Part shown: positions 61,514 to 64,000 of the stretch, piece by piece | Layout of the letters: each line of letters begins with the position of its first letter | Position numbering within the stretch: position 1 is the stretch's first letter | NCBI GenBank assembly: GCA_963818675.1 | Contig: CAWFTE010000002.1 | Span: forward strand, 1,518,361-1,582,360 | DNA: 64,000 nt | Direction of reading: 5' to 3' | Origin: an uncultured Solirubrobacterales bacterium | GTDB lineage: Bacteria > Actinomycetota > Thermoleophilia > Solirubrobacterales > Solirubrobacteraceae | Program-made: the position numbers and the translations under genes | The notes under the pieces: model-generated | Told to the model about the DNA's origin: nothing | Databases searched by the model: none | What the model saw: the letters and a program-made list of their open reading frames with translations, nothing else

Positions 61514-62041
61514 TCAGCAGACCTTCGCGACCTGGATCGCCACCGAGCTACCCGGCGCCACCGAGTGGCCCGCCAGCGGGATGCTGGTGCACACCCGCTT
61601 CGACAGCGGCAGCACGGACTGGAAGAAGGTGCTGACGTCGTAGACCTGCACGCCGAGCCCGAGCCGGCCCAGCTCCGCTGAGGCCTCCGACGGGCTCAGC
61701 CCGTCGACGTCGGGGATGGCCACCGGAAGCTCGCGGTAGACCCGCACCGCGCTCATCGCCGCGCGCGCCCCGGGCGCGCCGGCCAGGACGTCGATCAGGT
61801 TCGACCCGGGCTGAACCGCCACCCGAGCGCTGAACGCGTCACCGCTAACCGTCGCCTGACGGCCACCAACCAGCACGGTGGCGGGCGCGGGCGCGGCCAC
61901 GGTCCCGCTGACCAGGACCTGCGCGCCGAGCGTGCTCGCGCCCTCGACCGGGCGCGTAATGCTGAGCCGCACCAGCTGCGCCGGCGTGCTCGCGCTGCCG
62001 CAGCCCGCGAGCGTCGCGGCGCAGATCGCGCTCATCAGCAT
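61514..62041 (-). CDS. Lipoprotein with a C-terminal PASTA-like domain (175 aa)
   Basis: The internal ATG 62041 gives MLMSAICAATLAGCGS (lipobox). C-terminal IPDVDGLSPSEASAELGRLGLGVQV...PLAGHSVAPGSSVAIQV. The long upstream extension is rejected. Confidence 0.65.
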   Translation of the reverse strand: MLMSAICAATLAGCGSASTPAQLVRLSITRPVEGASTLGAQVLVSGTVAAPAPATVLVGGRQATVSGDAFSARVAVQPGSNLIDVLAGAPGARAAMSAVRVYRELPVAIPDVDGLSPSEASAELGRLGLGVQVYDVSTFFQSVLPLSKRVCTSIPLAGHSVAPGSSVAIQVAKVC

Positions 62042-62137
62042 CGGGCGCAGTGGCACGCCCGAGATTCTAGGTTCCGGCCCCGGGGTAAGTGCCGTAGAGG
62101 ACCCGTTCGGGTCCGCTTTTCGCCGCAGGGAGAGAAG

Positions 62138-62992
62138 GTGCAACGGGCCGCTGACGTCAATACGCCTGGACCGCTGCCCGCCGGCGTCGCTCGGCAGGCG
62201 CTCGCCGCCGAGCGCTCGCGCCCGTTCTGCTGGGCCGTGCGCGCCGGTTTCGCGACCCGCGGGCTCACCTACGGAGTGATCGGCGGGCTCGCGGTGGCGC
62301 TTGCTCTGGGTGCCGGAAGCGATGGCGCCAGCCCGAACCAGCAGGGCGCCCTGGCGCTCATCGCTCAGGCGCCGATGGGCCGGGTGGTCATCCTGGTCGC
62401 CGCCGTCGGCCTGCTCGCCTACGCGCTGTGGAAGCTCGGCCTGGGGATCGTGGGCCGCGGACCGGAGGGACGTGGCGGGAAGAGCTTCAAGGACCGCGTC
62501 GCCAACCTCTCGGCCGGCGTCGCCTACATCGCCTTCTTCGGCATCGCGGTGCAGGTATTGGTGGGCGCGGCCGGCCGCCAGTCCGGCGAGCGCCGTGAGA
62601 CCTCGGGCGTGCTTGGCTTGCCGGGCGGCCAGTTCATCGTCGGGATCGGCGGGGCGATCCTGATCGCGGTCAGCCTGTACCAGTGCTATGCGGCGGTTCG
62701 AGGACAGTTCCTCGACGACAACAAGTGCCACGAGATGAGCGACTGGGAGCGCCGGATCTTCATCGGCGTGGGTGGTGTCGGCCTGGTGGCGCGGGCCGCG
62801 GTGTTCGCGGTCGTCGGCTACTTCCTGTGCCGGACCGCGATCAACTTCCACGCCTCGGGCATCGGGCTCGACGGAACCCTCGGCGAGGTCCATCGCCAGC
62901 CCGGGGGGAGCCTGATCCTGGCCCTCGTCGCCTTCGGCCTCGAGACGTTCGCGCTCTTCAGCTTCTTCGAGGCCCGCTACCAGCGCCTCTGA
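62138..62992 (+). CDS. DUF1206-domain membrane protein
   Basis: Repeated pattern RGLTYGVIGGLAVALALG / GVAYIAFFGIAVQVL / RAAVFAVVGYFL typical of DUF1206. Confidence 0.7.
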   Translation: MQRAADVNTPGPLPAGVARQALAAERSRPFCWAVRAGFATRGLTYGVIGGLAVALALGAGSDGASPNQQGALALIAQAPMGRVVILVAAVGLLAYALWKLGLGIVGRGPEGRGGKSFKDRVANLSAGVAYIAFFGIAVQVLVGAAGRQSGERRETSGVLGLPGGQFIVGIGGAILIAVSLYQCYAAVRGQFLDDNKCHEMSDWERRIFIGVGGVGLVARAAVFAVVGYFLCRTAINFHASGIGLDGTLGEVHRQPGGSLILALVAFGLETFALFSFFEARYQRL

Positions 62993-62995
62993 GGG

Positions 62996-63094
62996 GCGCC
63001 GGCGGGGGACTGCCCCCCGGCCCAGCGGGCGCGGCGGGGACGCCCCCCGGCCCAGCGGGCGCCGGCGGGGGACTCGCCCCCGTCCGCGCCGGCC
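62996..63094. repeat. Three tandem ~32-bp GC-rich units (gcgccggcgggggactgccccccggcccagcgg), each with a GGGGG/CCCCC mini-hairpin
   Basis: Read directly. They fill the whole spacer between the convergent DUF1206 and sigma-factor genes. Confidence 0.7.
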
Positions 63095-64000
63095 TCAGGC
63101 CGCCTGGCGAAGGTCCTCGAGCTCGACGCTGCGGGCCAGGGCCCGGAGGCCCCGCTCCTCGAGCTCGCGGGCTCGCTCGAGCGGGATGCCGAGCTCGCTG
63201 CCGGTCTGCCGGAGCGTCAGCGGCTCCTCGCCGCTCAGTCCGAACCGCAGCCGGATGACGTTGCGCTCCGCCTCCGGTAGGCGTCCGACGACGTCGTTGA
63301 CGCGCCGGTCGCGGTCGATGTCGGCGATCTCCTGGTCGGGCTCGGGGCGATCGCTGGCGAGCAGGTCGCCGAACGCCGTCTCGCCGTCATCGCCCACCGG
63401 CTGGTCCAGGCTGGCCAGCCCGCGGCTCAGCTCCCGAAGCTCGGCCACCTCGTCGAGGTCGAGGCCGGCCGCCGCGGCGACCTCCTCGTCCGTCGGCTCT
63501 CGGGAGAGCTTCGTGCTCAGCTCGCTCTCGACCTTGCGCACCTTGACCTGCCGCTGCGCCACGTGCACCGGCACGCGAATCGTGCGGCCGTGGTTCTGCA
63601 GGCCACGCTGGATGGCCTGACGGATCCACAGCGTTCCGTAGGTCGAGAACTTGAACCCACGCCGCCAGTCGAACTTCTCGACGGCCCGGATCAGGCCCAG
63701 CATGCCCTCCTGCACCAGGTCCTCCATCGGGAGACCGTGGCCCTGGTAGCGGCGGGCCTGCGAGACGACGAGCCGCAGGTTGGAGTTGATCATCCGCTCC
63801 TTGGCGGCGAGATCGCCGCGCTCGATCCGCTTGGAGAGCTTGACCTCCTCGTCCGCGGTCAGCAGCGGGTGCTCGCGTGCGCGGCGCAGGAACAGGTCGA
63901 GCGAGTCGGCGACACCGACTGTATGCTCGCCGTCGGCGCCCAGTTGCTCGATGCGCGAAACGGCATGCGCGGCCTGCCGCCGGTTCTGGCGGCGGTTGCC
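63095..64000 (-). CDS. RpoD-like sigma-70 factor (group 1/2), C-terminal ~300 aa; 5' end lies outside the window
   Basis: The frame is open to the window edge. Region 2 (INSNLRLVVSQARRYQGHGLPMEDLVQEGMLGLIRAVEKFDWRRGFKFSTYGTLWIRQAI) and region 4 (VIRLRFGLSGEEPLTLRQTGSELGIPLERAREL). Confidence 0.9.
   Translation of the reverse strand, partial: GNRRQNRRQAAHAVSRIEQLGADGEHTVGVADSLDLFLRRAREHPLLTADEEVKLSKRIERGDLAAKERMINSNLRLVVSQARRYQGHGLPMEDLVQEGMLGLIRAVEKFDWRRGFKFSTYGTLWIRQAIQRGLQNHGRTIRVPVHVAQRQVKVRKVESELSTKLSREPTDEEVAAAAGLDLDEVAELRELSRGLASLDQPVGDDGETAFGDLLASDRPEPDQEIADIDRDRRVNDVVGRLPEAERNVIRLRFGLSGEEPLTLRQTGSELGIPLERARELEERGLRALARSVELEDLRQAA

Noticed and set aside
50044-63094. CRISPR array among the tandem repeats (18-bp x4, 17-bp x5, ~32-bp x3)
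   Set aside because: The units are contiguous with no unique spacers, far too few and too short, and no cas genes are present.

Overview
This is very GC-rich (roughly 70% by eye) actinobacterial-type chromosomal DNA. The domain repertoire (Vgb-like and YVTN propellers, choice-of-anchor-D, FG-GAP, SARP, MMPL) suggests a Thermoleophilia / Solirubrobacterales-Conexibacter-like organism, but that is a low-confidence inference. The window opens in the origin-proximal cluster yidC-jag-[free-standing LAGLIDADG ORF]-rsmG-parA-parB (1-4.1 kb). A DMT transporter, a HAD dehalogenase and tRNA-Ile(GAU) at 5.8 kb follow. From the tRNA to about 44 kb the content looks accessory. It holds orphan ORFs, a TetR plus a LanB-like enzyme, and two paralogous giant secreted proteins (1317 and about 1080 aa). 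Those two genes bracket a decayed mobile-element patch: integrase fragments in inverted orientation plus frameshifted transposase relics. The region also holds an FG-GAP giant protein and two STAND-NTPase gene strings. The most interesting locus is an 8-kb minus-strand operon (32.1 to 24.2 kb) whose genes are chained by overlapping stop/start codons. It encodes a TIR-SIR2-like fusion, a P-loop STAND NTPase with a predicted transmembrane helix and 14 WD40 repeats, a tandemly duplicated small secreted protein with a preserved 35-codon relay ORF at the duplication junction, and a 594-aa secreted Cys-containing protein. A paralog of that last protein sits downstream of a SARP/NB-ARC/TPR STAND regulator at 32.8-38 kb. 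I read this as a candidate membrane-spanning NLR-like, NAD-targeting conflict or signalling system that I cannot match to a described system. The right third (44-64 kb) is more ordinary cell-envelope and housekeeping content: F420-type reductase, esterase-Vgb lipoprotein, glycosyltransferases, lipoproteins, a second MFS paralog, MarR-MMPL-lyase, a Ser/Thr kinase, a PASTA lipoprotein, DUF1206 and a partial RpoD-like sigma factor. Several short tandem repeats and hairpins lie between these genes. I saw no rRNA and no CRISPR array. All functional calls come from motif recognition by eye; no searches were run.
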